A stretch of 64,000 nucleotides of DNA, taken from NCBI GenBank assembly GCA_035528115.1, contig DATKZF010000003.1, positions 359,089 to 423,088 of the forward strand, read 5' to 3'. Position 1 is the stretch's first letter, and every line of letters starts with the position of its first letter. Under the pieces are notes generated by a model. It ran no database searches. It had not been told where the DNA came from and worked only from the letters and a program-made list of their open reading frames with translations. This stretch comes from Candidatus Bipolaricaulota bacterium (lineage in GTDB: Bacteria; Patescibacteriota; Patescibacteriia; UBA11705; DATKZF01). The position numbers were made by a program, and so were the translations under genes. Shown here piece after piece: positions 1 to 10,170 of this stretch.

Positions 1-227
1 ACAATTCGTTAAAAAAGTTTATAAATAAAATTCTTTAAAAAGAAAACGAGAGCCTTTACGTGGAATAGGCTCTCGCGCGGGCAGGTTCATGAACCGGGAA
101 TGAATTCCTGCCTGCGGCAGAGTGTGATAGTCCGACCTGCTTGAAGTTTGTCAAGGATCATGGACACAAAAAACTCCACCAACTCTCAAAAAAAGCCTTA
201 TTTAAGGTCTTTTTTTTATTGACAGTA

Positions 228-256
228 TTGACAAAAATGTTAAAATTTGATATAAT
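228..256 (+). promoter_or_regulatory. sigma70-like promoter (TTGACA, 17-nt spacer, TATAAT) driving the GC-rich minigene 383..751
   Basis: Perfect -35 TTGACA at 228-233 and -10 TATAAT at 251-256, read directly from the sequence. A second overlapping TTGACA lies at 219-224. Confidence 0.5.
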
Positions 257-382
257 ATAATAATTAGAATACCGACTCCGTAGCGATTTAATCGGAATTT
301 CCGTAAATTCTTATTAAATCGCTATCGAGACGATGGCCGCTTGGGAATAAACTCGAGCGCATCCCGAGACGGGAGAGAAACG

Positions 383-751
383 ATGGGAAACAAAATTTCT
401 CTGAGTAGGACTATGTGCATCGCCATGGAGATGGCCAGGGTTGCTCTGCGCCACTTTCCTCATACTGCTGGTTGCGGCTGGTTCGAACAGATCGACATCA
501 ACTGGAAGGATGATGACTCCAAAGACAGGCCGGTCGACTCTCTCTTCTTCGAGTTCACTGTCCGCGTCTTTTGTGACATCCGTGCCAAAGTCACATGCGC
601 ACTCGCTCCCCTTCATGGTTACCTCGAAGATGAACAGCATCTAGGCACTGTTTATCTTACCCTCCTCGATGACGACCTTGAGCGGGGGCAACTGCAGTTC
701 AAGTGTCATTTCGCCAATGGGGAGATCGTTGCTCAAACGACGTTTGGGTAA
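383..751 (+). CDS. hypothetical protein (GC-rich orphan minigene)
   Basis: ORF 341..751 trimmed to the ATG at 383, which follows GGGAGAGAAACG as a ribosome-binding site. GC content is well above its surroundings. A hairpin plus T-tract terminator lies at about 815-840. No family recognised. Confidence 0.4.
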   Translation: MGNKISLSRTMCIAMEMARVALRHFPHTAGCGWFEQIDINWKDDDSKDRPVDSLFFEFTVRVFCDIRAKVTCALAPLHGYLEDEQHLGTVYLTLLDDDLERGQLQFKCHFANGEIVAQTTFG

Positions 752-852
752 AGATCTCTGAGCGAACCACCTCACCGTTCTTCTGCCGCCATGTCCCACG
801 GACCGCTGGCGGTTTTTTAATTTTCCCCGAATTCAAGCTATAATAAAGTTAT

Positions 853-1536
853 ATGAAGATCAAAATATTCACGCAAATATTTTTTAAAGTTTTAGCCGCG
901 GTTTTTTTCGTTATTTTTTTAAATCCCCTGCTGGCCGGCCGGTGGAATTATTGGCAAGGCTGGCTTTTTAGCGTGGCCATGATTTTAATGATGATCATTG
1001 AATTGATTTTATTTAGAGACAAACTCGACCTGGCCAAAGAACGAATGAACCCCGGCCCCGGCGTCAAATGGTGGGACAAAATATTATTTCCCGCCTTTTC
1101 ATTGTTCACTTTGGCCGCCTGGGTAGTCGGGGTATTGGACACGGGCAGGTTCGGCCTCAGCGCGGCTTGGCCGATCAGGGCTTATGTCATCAGTTGGCTG
1201 GTATTTATCTTTTCAATTTTTATGTTCACTTGGCCGATGCTGGAAAACAAATGGTTCTCCAGCGTGGTCAGGCTCCAAAAAGACCGCGGACAGCTGGTCT
1301 GCATGACCGGTCCTTATAAATACGTCCGCCATCCCGGATATGTGGGCGGAATTTTAATGGCTTTAAGCCTCGGCGCCATCTTCGGCTCTTTATGGGCGCT
1401 GATTCCCGGCGGTTTGGCCGCGATATTTTTAATCATCAGAACTTACTTGGAAGATAAAACTTTAAAAAAAGAATTGCCCGGGTATTTGGAATATTCGAAA
1501 AAAGTTAAATACAGATTAATACCGAAAATTTGGTAA
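853..1536 (+). CDS. isoprenylcysteine carboxyl methyltransferase / phospholipid methyltransferase family membrane protein
   Basis: Multi-TM protein with the C-terminal RHPGYVGGIL...EDKTLKKELPGY motif typical of the ICMT/PEMT family. Confidence 0.55.
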   Translation: MKIKIFTQIFFKVLAAVFFVIFLNPLLAGRWNYWQGWLFSVAMILMMIIELILFRDKLDLAKERMNPGPGVKWWDKILFPAFSLFTLAAWVVGVLDTGRFGLSAAWPIRAYVISWLVFIFSIFMFTWPMLENKWFSSVVRLQKDRGQLVCMTGPYKYVRHPGYVGGILMALSLGAIFGSLWALIPGGLAAIFLIIRTYLEDKTLKKELPGYLEYSKKVKYRLIPKIW

Positions 1537-1665
1537 GACTCTTACTTAAACCTCCATGCAAACAACGTTCTTGTCTCCGATTTCAACACTCCGCGCATTT
1601 ATGACCCGGCCTTTCTCGTTGAAAATAAAAAACCGAAATGATAGACTGAATTCAATGAAAACTTT

Positions 1666-2853
1666 ATGAATCAAATTCAAAAATTAACAGTATCCAACAA
1701 ACGCGTCGGCCCGATTTTGGCGCGGCATCCGTGGATTTTCTCCGGCGCCATTAACAAAATTCCCGACGGCATCGAAAGCGGCGCGCCGGTCGCTGTTTTT
1801 GACGAACAACAAAACTTTCTGGCTCAAGGGTATTTCAATTCATATTCGCAAATCGCGGTTCGCGTCTGGAGTTATGATGAAAAGGAAATCGTGGATGACA
1901 AATTTTTCGAAAAACGAATCAAGCAAGCTTTTGAAATCCGTGAAAATTACGTTGAAAACAAAAAAACGGATGCGTTCAGGATAATCAACAGCGAAAACGA
2001 TTTTTTGCCCGGCCTGATCGCGGACAAATACGGCGATTATGTTGTTTTGCAATTTCACACCAAGGGCATTGAGCGCTGGAAAGATCAAATTTTAAAGGCC
2101 TTGATCAAAATTCTCAAACCGAAAGGCATTTATGAACGCTCCGATCTTCGCGTCAGGGAAATCGAGGCCGGAAAAAAACAAGCCGGACTTTTATACGGCA
2201 AAATTCCGGGAAAAATCAAAATTTCCGAAAACGGTTTTAAGTTTTGGGTGGATGTCGTTAACGGACAAAAAACCGGTTTTTTTCTCGATCAGCGCGCCAA
2301 GCGCTTAGCCTTGATGAAATATGTCGAAAACAAAAATGTTTTGAATTGCTTTTCATACACTGGCGGTTTTTCCGTGTACGCTTTGGCCGCCGGAGCGGAA
2401 AAAACGGTCAGCGTGGATTCCTCGGCCTCCGCGCTCGAGCTTGCCAAAGAAAATATCAAACTCAATAAGCTCGATTTGAAAAAATGCGAATTCATTTGCG
2501 AAGACGCGAAAAAATATTTGATCGCGCCACAGCAAAAATTCGATCTGATAATTCTGGATCCGCCGGCATTCATTAAAGACAGACGAAAAATCAAACAAGG
2601 CCAAGCCGGTTATCGATCCATAAATGAAATGGCCATGAAAATTTTGCCTGAAAACGGAATTTTACTGTCTTGCTCCTGCTCGGCGCATCTGCCGCTGTCC
2701 GACTTTCAATTTGTATTGACTCAGGCCGCGGCCAGAGCGAAAAAAACTTGCCGAATACTTGAAACTTACACTCATGATATCGATCACTTGCGTTTGTCGG
2801 CCTTTTCCGAAAGTGAATATTTAAAAAGCATCTATGCAATCATCACCGATTAA
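1666..2853 (+). CDS. rlmI: class I SAM-dependent rRNA (cytosine-C5) methyltransferase, RlmI/RlmK-like
   Basis: N-terminal PUA-like region followed by a Rossmann methyltransferase with the NCFSYTGGFSVYA and DLIILDPPAF motifs. Confidence 0.65.
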   Translation: MNQIQKLTVSNKRVGPILARHPWIFSGAINKIPDGIESGAPVAVFDEQQNFLAQGYFNSYSQIAVRVWSYDEKEIVDDKFFEKRIKQAFEIRENYVENKKTDAFRIINSENDFLPGLIADKYGDYVVLQFHTKGIERWKDQILKALIKILKPKGIYERSDLRVREIEAGKKQAGLLYGKIPGKIKISENGFKFWVDVVNGQKTGFFLDQRAKRLALMKYVENKNVLNCFSYTGGFSVYALAAGAEKTVSVDSSASALELAKENIKLNKLDLKKCEFICEDAKKYLIAPQQKFDLIILDPPAFIKDRRKIKQGQAGYRSINEMAMKILPENGILLSCSCSAHLPLSDFQFVLTQAAARAKKTCRILETYTHDIDHLRLSAFSESEYLKSIYAIITD

Positions 2854-3451
2854 AAAAGCCAACAACAAACTTCGTCTGAACATGCTGATAATTTTCACTA
2901 TCGGTTATTTAACGATCTTCTCAATTGTTTCGGTGCTAAACCAACGGTATTCATTCCTTTTCTCAGCCGGCCTTATGCTGATTTTTACTTTTCTGGCGCT
3001 CTATCTTTATAAAAAAGCGGGCCTGCCCATTTCCGCCATGACCGCGATGACCTTGATAGCCGCTTTGCATATTTTCGCCGGCAACACGTACATTTACGGC
3101 GCCAGATTGTACGATATCTGGCTGATTGATAAATATCTGAAATTCGATAACTTGGTTCATTTTCTGGGAGGTTTTGTCGCGGTTTACATTATCTTTATTT
3201 TATTGGAGCCATACCTTGATTCAAAAATCAAAGAAAGAAAATTCGTTTTTTCCGTGCTGTTGATTTTAATAGCCGCCGGCATAGGCACGATCAATGAGAT
3301 TTTGGAATTGGGCGCGGTTTTATTCTTAAACGCTTCAACTCTTGTCGGAGATTATTTCAACAACGCTTTTGATTTGCTCTATAATTTTCTGGGAGCGACG
3401 ACCGCCGGACTCTTGGCGATCGGAATGAAAAAAGGCCGCGTTAATAATTGA
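2834..3451 (+). CDS. hypothetical integral membrane protein
   Basis: About six hydrophobic segments. Start overlaps the stop of the upstream gene. No confident family assignment. Confidence 0.4.
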   Translation: MQSSPIKKANNKLRLNMLIIFTIGYLTIFSIVSVLNQRYSFLFSAGLMLIFTFLALYLYKKAGLPISAMTAMTLIAALHIFAGNTYIYGARLYDIWLIDKYLKFDNLVHFLGGFVAVYIIFILLEPYLDSKIKERKFVFSVLLILIAAGIGTINEILELGAVLFLNASTLVGDYFNNAFDLLYNFLGATTAGLLAIGMKKGRVNN

Positions 3452-3514
3452 AACAAATAAAAAACGGAGGAGAATATGCCTCTGTTTTTTTTATTTGTGA
3501 AACACTCATTACAA

Positions 3515-5827
3515 TTAATTGACAATCGTTTCGAATGTCCACTGCTTGGCATTATTAATGAAAATTTCTTCGTATTTCGATCCCCATTCGAGCTGATAAA
3601 TTTGCGGATAGCTGCCTTTTTGATCCGGCGCGTCAATATAAAACTCGAAAGAATAAGTCTCGCCCGGAGCGACCGCTTTACTGATTTTATTGACCGCGTA
3701 TTTGGAATTCCATGAATAATCGTAAAAATGACTGGTTAACCAACTATTATTCTGGGTGTTTTTATAACTTCTTAATACCAGGTTTTGATTCCAAGAATTA
3801 AGCCCCGTATTTTTGAAAGTCAATTTAACCTTGGTTCGCGAAGAAGCCGCGAGCGATTCGGGAAATGTCGATTCGATCAATTCGGCCGCGTACGGCGTGT
3901 CAATTCTGGTTAACAAATCCACTTCTCCGCCTAATATCGACTCGCTGACCGCTTCATAATCTCCGTCAATCGGTTCGCCGGTCAGTCTGACGAGCTCAAA
4001 CTGCGGCCGAAAAAGTCCGGGACCGCGCGTTTGCAAATCAAAACTCCAAGTGGCGATCTCGCCCGGCTCGATCACATCATCTTCGCCGTCGCCGCTCGCG
4101 TCCCAGGAACCGTTCAAAAAAGCGATGAAGCCATTTTTATTGGTCCATTGATCATGATAAAACGCGTCATTGCCATTGGCTCGATCGGTCACTTTCAATC
4201 TGATCTCCGGAAATGTCCAATTTTTAGTGGAAGTGTTTTTGTATTTCAAAACAATTTGAGGCGTGGTGTCGGAAAAATAAGCGGGCGAAAATTTCTTATC
4301 GACCAATTCCGCGGAATAGTAAGAGTCGGCGTTATAAACGGTCACGCTGGCTCGACCGGCGGCGAAATAACCTTCTTGGCCTTTAACCAAAACCAAATTC
4401 TTTTCTTCTTTTTCTCCGAGCGGCGCGGTGATGGTCGCGTAAAACCTGGAGGTATCCCCCGGTTTGACATTAGGCTTGTCCGACACGATGTAATCGGTTC
4501 TGATGCTGGAATAAACGTCATTATCCTTTTCATCAGCTGTTTCTTCGGACAGCGCCGCGGCCGAAAATTGATTCAGCTTGGCCAATTTTTCCCCTTCTGC
4601 GGATTCGGTCAACCTGACCAAATCTTGTTCTATCGTTGAAAAATTATGCCAAGTCGTATTGCCTTCATTTCGAAATTCGAACCAAACCTGCTTTGTTTGT
4701 CCGTTCTTTAAGGTAATCTGATCATCGCTTTGGTCAAGCAAAGTCGCCTTGTAAACTCTTTTGTTTTTCAATTCATTATATTTGATTTGCGCTTGGGTGC
4801 GAATGATCGGCAATGAAGATTCTATATTCATTCCGGGGCAAGAAGTGCAGTCAACGTCTTTGTGTCCGACAACGGTCGGCAAAAACAGTCCCTCGCGAGT
4901 GCTGTAGCCGCCGGGCGGCAAAGACATATCCAGCCCCAGCTTGGCGATCAAATTGATCAACGACGCTCTGGCCGCGGCGGATAAAGATTGCTCGTTATAA
5001 TCGCCCAAAACAGCGATGCCGATCGTGCCGTGATTAAAGCCGATGACATCGCCGTCTCCGCTGAACACGCTCGAATCGCAAACCGAGCTTCGGAGCGTGT
5101 GCCCGCCTATAGCGCCCTCTCCGCCTTGCCTGCCTTCGAAGATTTCTCCATCCGGAGCGATTAAATAATTATAACCGATATCTCCCCAGCCGAGGCCGTT
5201 GGCCTGCCAGTTGTAAATGCTGCTTACCATCAATTTGTAATCCGCCGAGTTGATGAATTCATCGCCGTTCAAATCCTTTGGCGCCGAACCCGTGTGATGG
5301 AGTATCAAATGATCAATGCCGTAATAATTCACCGGCCAATCCACGTTCGATGACTCCGAAAGCCATTGATTTCTGGGAATTATCTTGAAAGATGGGTCGG
5401 GAACCAATTCCTCGCTCATTGTCGTGGCCGCGGACAACAGCCCGCCCTTAACAAAATCCGAAGTTTGGCTGAAAATTTTCAAACTTTTGACATAACTTTT
5501 ATTTTCAAATTTCAATTCGACTTTATTGCCGGAAGTAAAATGCAAATCGGAGAAAATTTGCTCGTTAATGCTTTCATCTTTGACCGCCATTTCAAAATCT
5601 ACTTTTCGCCAATCGCCATTAACCGCAAACGACAAGCCTGGGTCTTTGTCCGCGTCCAAAATAAAAGCCAGAGAGTCAAACTCCGGCAAATCATATACAC
5701 TTTTGTTTAAATCAACCGCGGTTATCTGAAAATTGGGGCCGGAAGCTTGAGCCGCTTTCACGCCAAAAAAAATCAAAATAAATATTATAACCGCGAAAAA
5801 TTTTTTCATATGGTTTTCCGCTTCCAT
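3515..5827 (-). CDS. secreted N-acetylmuramoyl-L-alanine amidase (Amidase_2/PGRP domain) with long repeat-rich C-terminal region
   Basis: N-terminal signal peptide. The HHTGS...NGLGWGDIGYNYLIAPDGEIFEGRQGG...GGHT block matches the Amidase_2/PGRP zinc-amidase signature. 770 aa. Confidence 0.6.
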   Translation of the reverse strand: MEAENHMKKFFAVIIFILIFFGVKAAQASGPNFQITAVDLNKSVYDLPEFDSLAFILDADKDPGLSFAVNGDWRKVDFEMAVKDESINEQIFSDLHFTSGNKVELKFENKSYVKSLKIFSQTSDFVKGGLLSAATTMSEELVPDPSFKIIPRNQWLSESSNVDWPVNYYGIDHLILHHTGSAPKDLNGDEFINSADYKLMVSSIYNWQANGLGWGDIGYNYLIAPDGEIFEGRQGGEGAIGGHTLRSSVCDSSVFSGDGDVIGFNHGTIGIAVLGDYNEQSLSAAARASLINLIAKLGLDMSLPPGGYSTREGLFLPTVVGHKDVDCTSCPGMNIESSLPIIRTQAQIKYNELKNKRVYKATLLDQSDDQITLKNGQTKQVWFEFRNEGNTTWHNFSTIEQDLVRLTESAEGEKLAKLNQFSAAALSEETADEKDNDVYSSIRTDYIVSDKPNVKPGDTSRFYATITAPLGEKEEKNLVLVKGQEGYFAAGRASVTVYNADSYYSAELVDKKFSPAYFSDTTPQIVLKYKNTSTKNWTFPEIRLKVTDRANGNDAFYHDQWTNKNGFIAFLNGSWDASGDGEDDVIEPGEIATWSFDLQTRGPGLFRPQFELVRLTGEPIDGDYEAVSESILGGEVDLLTRIDTPYAAELIESTFPESLAASSRTKVKLTFKNTGLNSWNQNLVLRSYKNTQNNSWLTSHFYDYSWNSKYAVNKISKAVAPGETYSFEFYIDAPDQKGSYPQIYQLEWGSKYEEIFINNAKQWTFETIVN

Positions 5828-5840
5828 TATACCATATTCA

Positions 5841-5912
5841 TGGCGCGGGCGGGCGCGCCCCGGTAGGAACAGGGCAATGCCCTGTTCCTACATCGGCGGC
5901 AACGCCGCCAGC
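5841..5912. repeat. GC-rich multi-hairpin palindromic element, copy 1 (core palindrome GTAGGAACAGGGCAATGCCCTGTTCCTAC)
   Basis: Perfect inverted repeat at 5863-5891 followed by a second hairpin GGCGGCaacGCCGCC. About 75% GC within an AT-rich genome. Further copies are at 8912-9030 and 14238-14326. Confidence 0.8.
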
Positions 5913-7174
5913 CGCGCCATCAATATCCACCAAAAAACGGCCAAATCATTTTTAAAATACGGCACATCAACCAATCCGTGAATTAAAATCACGGCAAAAA
6001 TCATTAAAATTATAAAATATTCTTCCCTTGTTTCCAATTTCTTTTTCCCGCCTTCCCAATACCCCCAAAACACTTTTCCGATTATCAAAAACCAAGTCGC
6101 CAATCCCAGCAAGCCGATTTCCGACCAAAAATTCAAGAAAATATTGTGCGGATACAAATAAATTTCAATGTAATCTTTTATGTGAAACGGCGCCACGCGA
6201 ATTTGATAACCGGCCAGACCCGCGCCTTCAATCGGCGTTTCCGAAAGCATGTCAATTGTCTCCCCCCACATTTCCATCCTGACTTGCCCTGAAAAATCTC
6301 GCAAAGTCAGTTTTTCCCAAACGATATTTCTTTCAGCGGGCTGGAAAACGAAAAAGCCTGTCAGCAAAACAATCGCTCCTACCAAAAACCATCTGGTTTT
6401 TTTGTTTTTGAAAAAAATTATGGCGGAAACAACGGCCATGGCCGCGATCGCTCCCTCGGACTGCGCAAATACAATGGCGAGAGATGACAACACAATAGTC
6501 ATGACGAAAAAAATTCTTTTCAGCCAGGAATTTTCTTGCCATTTCAAAACCAATTCGCCCAAATTCCAAATGGCAATCGGAGCCAAAAACAAACCGATGG
6601 CATTAGGGTAGCCGAAGATTGAAGTGACTCGCCGAGTTTCCGCGGCTTGCCAAAAAGCATTTGGAATCCAGGCGCCGGTGAATTTTTGATAAATGGCGAA
6701 AAGAGAAATCAAAATCGCGCTGACGGAAAAAGCGAAAAAAAGTTTTTGAAAATCTTTTTTGTTTTTAAAAGTGTTGATTAAAACAATGAACAACAAAATC
6801 GGTTCGATAAAATAAGCTTTCCAAATTCCCAAGGCCGCGATTTTATCCGGCGAGACAATCACGCCGATGGTGGCGGCGAGCAGAAAAAGCATGATTAACC
6901 ATTTGAATCCTCGACCAAGCTTGGCCACGCGCCCACCTTGTCCACTCGCTTTGCTCGTCGCTTTTCGGCCTCTCCTTGAAACAATAAACCTTATCAGCCA
7001 AACCGCGAAAACGATTAATATCATCAATTCCAAAACAGTCATCGGAATCGGCCCGATTTTGAATCTTAAAAGATAAGAGGGCAAACCAAGGGCGATCAAA
7101 ATCAAAGCCCAATCAAGCTTTTTCCAGGCTAAAATGGCAAAAATTACAGTAAAAACACTCGCAAAAATTAGCAT
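5888..7174 (-). CDS. O-antigen ligase / Wzy-like polysaccharide polymerase family membrane protein
   Basis: Around 10-12 TM segments with a large periplasmic loop (Wzy_C-like). The last 10 codons (ARLAALPPM) are encoded inside the GC-rich palindromic repeat, so the true 3' end is uncertain. Confidence 0.5.
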   Translation of the reverse strand: MLIFASVFTVIFAILAWKKLDWALILIALGLPSYLLRFKIGPIPMTVLELMILIVFAVWLIRFIVSRRGRKATSKASGQGGRVAKLGRGFKWLIMLFLLAATIGVIVSPDKIAALGIWKAYFIEPILLFIVLINTFKNKKDFQKLFFAFSVSAILISLFAIYQKFTGAWIPNAFWQAAETRRVTSIFGYPNAIGLFLAPIAIWNLGELVLKWQENSWLKRIFFVMTIVLSSLAIVFAQSEGAIAAMAVVSAIIFFKNKKTRWFLVGAIVLLTGFFVFQPAERNIVWEKLTLRDFSGQVRMEMWGETIDMLSETPIEGAGLAGYQIRVAPFHIKDYIEIYLYPHNIFLNFWSEIGLLGLATWFLIIGKVFWGYWEGGKKKLETREEYFIILMIFAVILIHGLVDVPYFKNDLAVFWWILMARLAALPPM

Positions 7175-7178
7175 ATCG

Positions 7179-7207
7179 TTGACAAAATATTAAATTTGTG
7201 GTAATTT
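7179..7207 (+). promoter_or_regulatory. sigma70-like promoter (TTGACA, 17 nt, TAATTT) for the minigene 7251..7421
   Basis: TTGACA at 7179-7184 and a weak -10 TAATTT at 7202-7207. Confidence 0.35.
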
Positions 7208-7250
7208 CTTAAGTTGCTTCACCCCCAACCCATGCGAGGAGGAGGACAGC

Positions 7251-7421
7251 ATGAACAGCGAAAGACTGGCGGCGATCAAGATGTTCCTCGAGCAGGCACG
7301 TGACCGCAACACGGCCATGCAGGCCCGCCACCCCGAGTGGAAGACACTCCTGAAGGCCAACCTGCCCGAACTGCCCGCCGCCGAGCCCGCCAACAGTGAG
7401 CCCATGCCCGCGGCCGCCTGA
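7251..7421 (+). CDS. hypothetical 56-aa protein encoded by a GC-rich minigene
   Basis: Not in the ORF track (<60 aa). Strong Shine-Dalgarno GAGGAGGAGG lies 6 nt before the ATG. About 65% GC. A weak hairpin plus T-tract follows at about 7462-7490. Translation: MNSERLAAIKMFLEQARDRNTAMQARHPEWKTLLKANLPELPAAEPANSEPMPAAA. Confidence 0.4.
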   Translation: MNSERLAAIKMFLEQARDRNTAMQARHPEWKTLLKANLPELPAAEPANSEPMPAAA

Positions 7422-7525
7422 TCCTCACCTCAACACCAACGCCCCCCCATTTCCCCCCAGCCGAATCGGCCGGGGCTTTTTTATCTCCTTAATTCTAAAG
7501 TCTTCCCCTTCTCCTTAATTCTCTT

Positions 7526-8968
7526 TCATCTCCATCTCTTTAATCTTTCTCCCTTCAACTCCATTCGGGGCATGCCTTCAACCTTAATCTTCACCTCGGC
7601 CATGGCCAATCCAACCACAATCCAAACAAACGGCAAATAAATTATTGAAAACGAATTATATTGAATCAAAATGGCGATAATCACCCAAAAAAAACCTTCC
7701 AGCAAAATTTTCCTCAATTTATCCCCACTCGCTTTCATTGCTTTATACAAATAGAATAACAACAAAACAAAAAAACTCATAATCGCCAAAAACCCCCAAA
7801 TTCCGTTTTCCGCCAAAATTTCCAAATACAAATTATTAACGATTTTCCAATCTTGCCTCGATTCCCAGGCTTTTAGCGGCGCCAAAATACCGAAACTTCC
7901 CGGCCCTGATCCGAGCCATGGATGTTCTTTGAAAATCAGCCAAGCTTCCTTAAACGTTTCTTGCCTTTCCTGAAAAGCCGCGCCTTGAAAGGGATGGGTC
8001 GCGCGGTAAATGAATTGACCCGAAATGCCTGACGGAGCGATGAAATAAATCAATGTTCCGGCCAGACTGATTAAAACCAGCGCGGACACCGCCGCGATTT
8101 TTATTTTTCGAGAAATTTTTGAATAATTGAAAACCGCGAAGAGGATCAAAACGGCCAGCCCGGCCAGAAAAGCGCCTCTGGCGCTGGTCAGAACAAAATT
8201 TATCAGACTTAAAACCAAGGTGACTCGCAAAAACCATTTCATGCGCTCGCTTTTAACTTTATTCAATAAAAACAACGAACAAAAAACAATTGGCAAAAGC
8301 AAAAAATCGGCAAAATAAAGCGGCTCAATGAAAAGGCCTTGAACTCTGGTAAATCCCAAAATACTTTTGGTATATTTTTCAGTTAAAAAAGTCCAATTCG
8401 GGCCAAGCCCGGCCATGTCGGCGATGAATTGATAAAGCCCGAAAACGCAGGTTACTAAACTTGAGACCAAAAAGACTTTGATGGCTGTCGCGACTTCTTT
8501 TATCTTGTGGAAAAACTGTGGAATAAAAATAGATAAGCTTAAAATGAACACTGTGCTGACGAAAACAAACAAACTTCTATTTAAATCCGGACTAAAAAAC
8601 AAACCAAGGCCCATGATAATAAAAAATATGATACTCAATCTTTGCAAAGTATAGATTTTAGAGAATCTTGACCTGTATTCTTCAAATAATATCTTGGCAT
8701 TTTTATTGGCGGCGACTTCAAAAATCTTTTTATAAAACCAAATCAAAATTCCGATCAATAAAAAAACATGCGTCGGCCGGACGGTCGCTCCGAAAACATT
8801 GAATACAAAAACCCTTTCAATCGGCAAACAAAAAATGGCCGCATACAGCCAATATTTGCTGCCGGAAAACGTAATTTTTAATTTTTCAAATATATTTTTC
8901 ACATTTGAAATTTCGCGCGGCAGCGCGCGATCGCGCGCCGTAGGAACAGGGCAATGCCCTGTTCCCAC
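7526..8968 (-). CDS. O-antigen ligase / Wzy-like polysaccharide polymerase family membrane protein (paralog)
   Basis: Polytopic membrane protein with a Wzy_C-like loop. The annotated N-terminus (MGTGHCPVPTARDRALP) is read out of the GC-rich palindromic repeat, so the real start is probably downstream, possibly a non-ATG codon. Confidence 0.5.
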   Translation of the reverse strand: MGTGHCPVPTARDRALPREISNVKNIFEKLKITFSGSKYWLYAAIFCLPIERVFVFNVFGATVRPTHVFLLIGILIWFYKKIFEVAANKNAKILFEEYRSRFSKIYTLQRLSIIFFIIMGLGLFFSPDLNRSLFVFVSTVFILSLSIFIPQFFHKIKEVATAIKVFLVSSLVTCVFGLYQFIADMAGLGPNWTFLTEKYTKSILGFTRVQGLFIEPLYFADFLLLPIVFCSLFLLNKVKSERMKWFLRVTLVLSLINFVLTSARGAFLAGLAVLILFAVFNYSKISRKIKIAAVSALVLISLAGTLIYFIAPSGISGQFIYRATHPFQGAAFQERQETFKEAWLIFKEHPWLGSGPGSFGILAPLKAWESRQDWKIVNNLYLEILAENGIWGFLAIMSFFVLLLFYLYKAMKASGDKLRKILLEGFFWVIIAILIQYNSFSIIYLPFVWIVVGLAMAEVKIKVEGMPRMELKGERLKRWR

Positions 8969-9030
8969 ATCGCCGTTACCGGCGATGGCCGCGCCATTCG
9001 TACAGACGCGCCGCGGCGCGTCTCATAAAA
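8912..9030. repeat. GC-rich multi-hairpin palindromic element, copy 2
   Basis: Core palindrome GTAGGAACAGGGCAATGCCCTGTTCCCAC at 8940-8968. Flanking hairpins are ATCGCCGttacCGGCGAT and GACGCGCCGCGGCGCGTC. Confidence 0.8.
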
Positions 9031-10156
9031 AATTTCGATATCCATCAATCATCTTCTCCATTGAAAAATTCCTCGCCGTCTCCAATCCTGCCGCTTTGAA
9101 CTTTTTCGCCAAATCCGGATTATTATAAAGTTTCAAAATCGCTTGCTTCAAATCTTGCACATTGTCCGTTTCAAACAGCAGACCGTTTTCATTGTTTTTG
9201 ATAATTTCCGGCAATCCGCCAACATTGGCCGCGATGACCGGCACCTTGGCCAACATGGCTTCCAAAATCGCAATGCCGAATGCTTCTTTTTTCGAGGGCA
9301 AAACAAACAAATCGAAATCTTCGAGCCACTCGTAAACATTTTCCTGAAAACCAAACAGGACGACACTGTCTTTTATTTTCAATATATCGATCAAGCCTTC
9401 CAAATCCTGCCTGCTCGGCCCTTCGCCGATAATGGTCAAATGAATATCGGGAATTTCCGTTTTCAATTCGCCAATCGCTTTAATCAACAGCCCCAAATTT
9501 TTTTCATGACTCAATCTGCTGATCGAGCACACATTAAAATGCTTTTTTTCAAAGTCCGAATAATTCTTATCAGCCAAATTTTGATAAATGTCTTCCTGAA
9601 AAAACTTTTTCGACAAATCAATACCGTTGTAAATCACCTTGACGTTCTTGACCTTTATTTTTTCCAATTCTTTTTTCACGAATTCTGACACGCAAACGAC
9701 CGTTGCCAGACGCGACCACCATTGATATAAAAATCTGTACGGGTTTTTGGTCAGCCAGCGCTCGATGGACACGTGCTCTTGCCAAATAACCTTATAGCCG
9801 AGCAGTTTGGCCATTGGCGTGATCAAAATTTTCTCGGTCAAAGACAAGCAAAACAAGATTTTGGTTTTATGTTTGATTCTATAATAAACAATAATGGCCA
9901 GCAGGCTTAAAAACGAATAAATGGCGAGGATCGGAAACAAAAAAAGCGCCCAAATCGCCACCGGCTCCACGCCGACCCACCAATATTTTTGCGGCCAATT
10001 TCTTTTTTCGAATTCGGCCGTTAAAACTTTATCCGAGGACATTAAAAAAAAATTGAAATCTTCCTTTTTCAATCTTTCCACCAATTCCAGCGTATACTTT
10101 TCCCCTCCGCCGAATTGGGATTGGTAGGGAAATTTGAGGATTAATATGTTCGACAT
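9023..10156 (-). CDS. glycosyltransferase family 4 (GT-B fold) with N-terminal membrane anchor
   Basis: EAFGIAILEAMLAKVPVIAANVGGLPEII matches the GT4 E-X7-E region. Confidence 0.7.
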   Translation of the reverse strand: MSNILILKFPYQSQFGGGEKYTLELVERLKKEDFNFFLMSSDKVLTAEFEKRNWPQKYWWVGVEPVAIWALFLFPILAIYSFLSLLAIIVYYRIKHKTKILFCLSLTEKILITPMAKLLGYKVIWQEHVSIERWLTKNPYRFLYQWWSRLATVVCVSEFVKKELEKIKVKNVKVIYNGIDLSKKFFQEDIYQNLADKNYSDFEKKHFNVCSISRLSHEKNLGLLIKAIGELKTEIPDIHLTIIGEGPSRQDLEGLIDILKIKDSVVLFGFQENVYEWLEDFDLFVLPSKKEAFGIAILEAMLAKVPVIAANVGGLPEIIKNNENGLLFETDNVQDLKQAILKLYNNPDLAKKFKAAGLETARNFSMEKMIDGYRNFL

Positions 10157-10170
10157 ATTATTTATTTAGC

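Noticed and set aside
40-230. Hairpins at the very start of the window (GAGAGCC…GGCTCTC; GCAGG…CCTGC; AGCCTTATTTAAGGTCT plus a T-tract) as an ncRNA
   Set aside because: The window edge truncates the upstream context. They could simply be terminators of an upstream gene, so there is insufficient evidence.
7526-8968. Annotated N-terminus MGTGHCPVPTARDRALP of the Wzy-like protein as genuine
   Set aside because: Those codons are the palindromic repeat element itself (GTGGGAACAGGGCATTGCCCTGTTCC…). The true start is probably internal and possibly non-ATG. Similarly, the first roughly 35 codons of ORF 60213..60926 are CATAACA-repeat sequence.
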